A stretch of 64,000 nucleotides of DNA from Cenarchaeum sp. (GTDB lineage Archaea > Thermoproteota > Nitrososphaeria > Nitrososphaerales > Nitrosopumilaceae): the NCBI GenBank assembly GCA_965212015.1, contig OZ243037.1:1472001-1536000 (forward strand), given 5' to 3'. Below are positions 61,896 to 64,000 of the stretch, piece after piece. The position numbers and the translations under genes were made by a program. Every line of letters starts with the position of its first letter. Positions within the stretch are counted from its first letter, which is position 1. The notes beneath the pieces were generated by a model, which was not told the origin of the DNA, did no database searches, and worked only from the letters and a program-made list of their open reading frames with translations.

Positions 61896-62071
61896 GGCTT
61901 ACATATAGATTGGGCATTGTTATAGTTAAATGTTATCCGATCCCAAGCATATAACGACACCCATCCTGCCTAAAAAACAACCATAACGCAAAATTCATGT
62001 CTAATTGCCGTAATCTCATATGCCCGGGCAATACGCGCCAATTCAATTCCGAGGCCAAACACGGACATGAT

Positions 62072-64000
62072 CTATGCCTTTCTGCATTTCTTGCATTTTG
62101 CAGGCAACGTATCGCCTCCCGCCTCCAGATATTCAACCAATACCTCATCTGATCCCTCGACCCCAAATATTGCCCTGATGGACTCGAGCCCTTCTGCCAC
62201 ATCTCCGCACTGTACACATGTGCGCGCATAGGCATCATCCGGCTCGTCCTCCTCGAGATCTACCTCCGGCTCCTCGGGCTCTGCATCCGGATTATCTGCA
62301 CCCCAGCTCTTCCAGTACGGCCGGTATATCTTCCATCCCAGCTCCACGTCATCACCTGATCCGCGCAGCTGGAAATTATCATCAATGTCCACCAGCAGGA
62401 CATCCTCTGTCCCCCCGCTCTTTGTGCCCCTCATCCCTCGCCCGATCATCTGCGTGTACAGTAGGGTGCTCTTTATGGGCCTACCAACAAAGACACAGTC
62501 CACGTTTGGCGCATCAAAGCCGGTGGTCAGCACGTCAAAGTTGCACAATACCTCCAGGTCTCCAGAACGGAACAACTCAATGGCATTCACCCGGGAATCA
62601 AGGTCCATTTTAGAGTCGACATACCTTACCCTGATCCCGTATAGCGTCTTGAGATACATGGCAATCTGCCTGGAATGCTCGACGCTGCACCCAAAGAACA
62701 GTATCTTTTTCTTGCCAGTCTCTTTCAGGCCGTGTATCTCTTGTATGATGAGCTTGTTTCTCTCAAAGTTCCTGCCAATCTCCTTTAGGGTGTTTTTCCG
62801 GAATTCGCCAAACTGGTTCATGTGCTTTATGTCATCCTCGCCGAGCATGATTCTGTCGGACTGGAGTATTTTGTGGTATACGTCGCAGAGAATCTTTCGC
62901 CGTATAAGCTTGTGGTACAGGTGCTTTTGCTGCTCCTCGGGCATAACGGGCACCTCAGAAGGCCGCTCCAAAATCTCAATGTGCGTGCTTGACGTGTTTG
63001 TGTCTCCGTCGTTGGCAGTAACAGTAAGGGATATCCTGTACTCTCCGGGCTCGGGGAACCGGAATGTCACGTTCTTTGTCCTCTCAAACCTCCACACTTT
63101 TCCGGCGGCCTTTTTGCCCCGGGATATCTTCCAGTTATAGTCATCCTCTCTGATAAAGCCGTCCCTATAGTATGATCTTTTCCCTAGGATTCGAACATCC
63201 TCGTCTGCATGCGCAAACATCTGGCAGTCGATTATCGCGTGCGGATCAAAGTTGTCGGCCCCGTCATAGTGCGAGATGCTCGGAAAGAACACTCCCGCAT
63301 ACCGCCTTTTGAGCCGCTCGGTCTCCTCATTGTTGCCGCGGCCCTTGAACGGCGTGGCAGTAAGGCCGATTAGTATCACGCCCATCTCAGAGATCTCTTT
63401 TTTCCTATTGTCCCAGTTGAATCCCATCTTTCTGAGCGTGTCAGAGTATGACTGGCCCGTGGAGTGGTGCGCCTCATCCATTATTATACAGGATGTTAGC
63501 CTGCCGAGTGTTTCCAGCTGCGAGGGATCCCGCTTGTAGATCTTGTGAAGCGACTGGATGGTGGCGACAATGACGCCCTTTTCGTCGAACAGCTCGTCCA
63601 TTTCAAGGCTGGGCAGCTCGCCGCCCTGGCCCCAGAACCTGTGAAGCCGCAGCGTGGTCCCGCGCCTGCCAGACGACTCAAAGACGCTCCGAAAGGTGCT
63701 AAAGGCCTGCTCGCAGAGCTCGCCGGACTGGGCTATCCACAGGATGAATTTTGAGTTGCTCTGCTGCTCGTTTTTGGATTTTTTTCCGCCGTTGAGCCAC
63801 TCTATTAACGTCTCGACTATCATGCGCGTCTTGCCAGAACCGGTGGGGACTGCAATCAGCTTTCGCTTTACCTCGCGGCCGCTCTCGTCAAGCTCTTCAC
63901 CCTCCAGCATCCTTGTGAGGACCATCCCCGTGGAATTCTGATAGTCGTATAACGGGTTTAGCTGTACGTGGGGCTCTATAACCTCGGTGTCCGGCAGGTG
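62072..64000 (-). CDS. SF2 DEAH helicase (Res/XPB-like) with PKD insertion and C-terminal Zn ribbon; 5' end outside window
   Basis: LYDYQ, PTGSGKT, DEAHH, GLTATP, LTTGFDAP, QMIGRGMRG; CxxC...CxxC. Confidence 0.9.
   Translation of the reverse strand, partial: HLPDTEVIEPHVQLNPLYDYQNSTGMVLTRMLEGEELDESGREVKRKLIAVPTGSGKTRMIVETLIEWLNGGKKSKNEQQSNSKFILWIAQSGELCEQAFSTFRSVFESSGRRGTTLRLHRFWGQGGELPSLEMDELFDEKGVIVATIQSLHKIYKRDPSQLETLGRLTSCIIMDEAHHSTGQSYSDTLRKMGFNWDNRKKEISEMGVILIGLTATPFKGRGNNEETERLKRRYAGVFFPSISHYDGADNFDPHAIIDCQMFAHADEDVRILGKRSYYRDGFIREDDYNWKISRGKKAAGKVWRFERTKNVTFRFPEPGEYRISLTVTANDGDTNTSSTHIEILERPSEVPVMPEEQQKHLYHKLIRRKILCDVYHKILQSDRIMLGEDDIKHMNQFGEFRKNTLKEIGRNFERNKLIIQEIHGLKETGKKKILFFGCSVEHSRQIAMYLKTLYGIRVRYVDSKMDLDSRVNAIELFRSGDLEVLCNFDVLTTGFDAPNVDCVFVGRPIKSTLLYTQMIGRGMRGTKSGGTEDVLLVDIDDNFQLRGSGDDVELGWKIYRPYWKSWGADNPDAEPEEPEVDLEEDEPDDAYARTCVQCGDVAEGLESIRAIFGVEGSDEVLVEYLEAGGDTLPAKCKKCRKA

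Overview
Archaeal chromosomal DNA, most likely a Nitrosopumilaceae/Cenarchaeum-like thaumarchaeote (inferred from class I LysRS, Elp3, PAC2, Cdc48, pelota, tetraether synthase and typical small conserved ORFs). About 1-26.3 kb is housekeeping (lysS, elp3, purM, cdc48, rpl2, SRP RNA, tRNA thiolase, site-2 protease, cutA, pelota, MntR, TrmB, tes). The rest is largely accessory. (i) A toxin/defence-like island at 26.5-34 kb: a nuclease-wHTH-MNT fusion with a HEPN partner, an AAA+ ATPase preceded by 10.5 perfect 34-bp TATA-containing repeats, an RHH protein, a PIN protein and a PNK-like kinase. (ii) A surface-glycosylation locus at 34-54 kb, interrupted by an OLD nuclease and by a ~2.3-kb inverted duplication around an IS630 element. 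(iii) A very AT-rich island at 54.9-59.5 kb encoding a pentapeptide-repeat membrane protein, a coiled-coil-containing TRAFAC GTPase and a GAP1-N/DENN-like partner; this is the best candidate for an undescribed system. (iv) IS remnants, a broken GNAT toxin-antitoxin pair, and an SF2 helicase with an inserted PKD domain. All calls come from motifs read by eye; no database searches were run.
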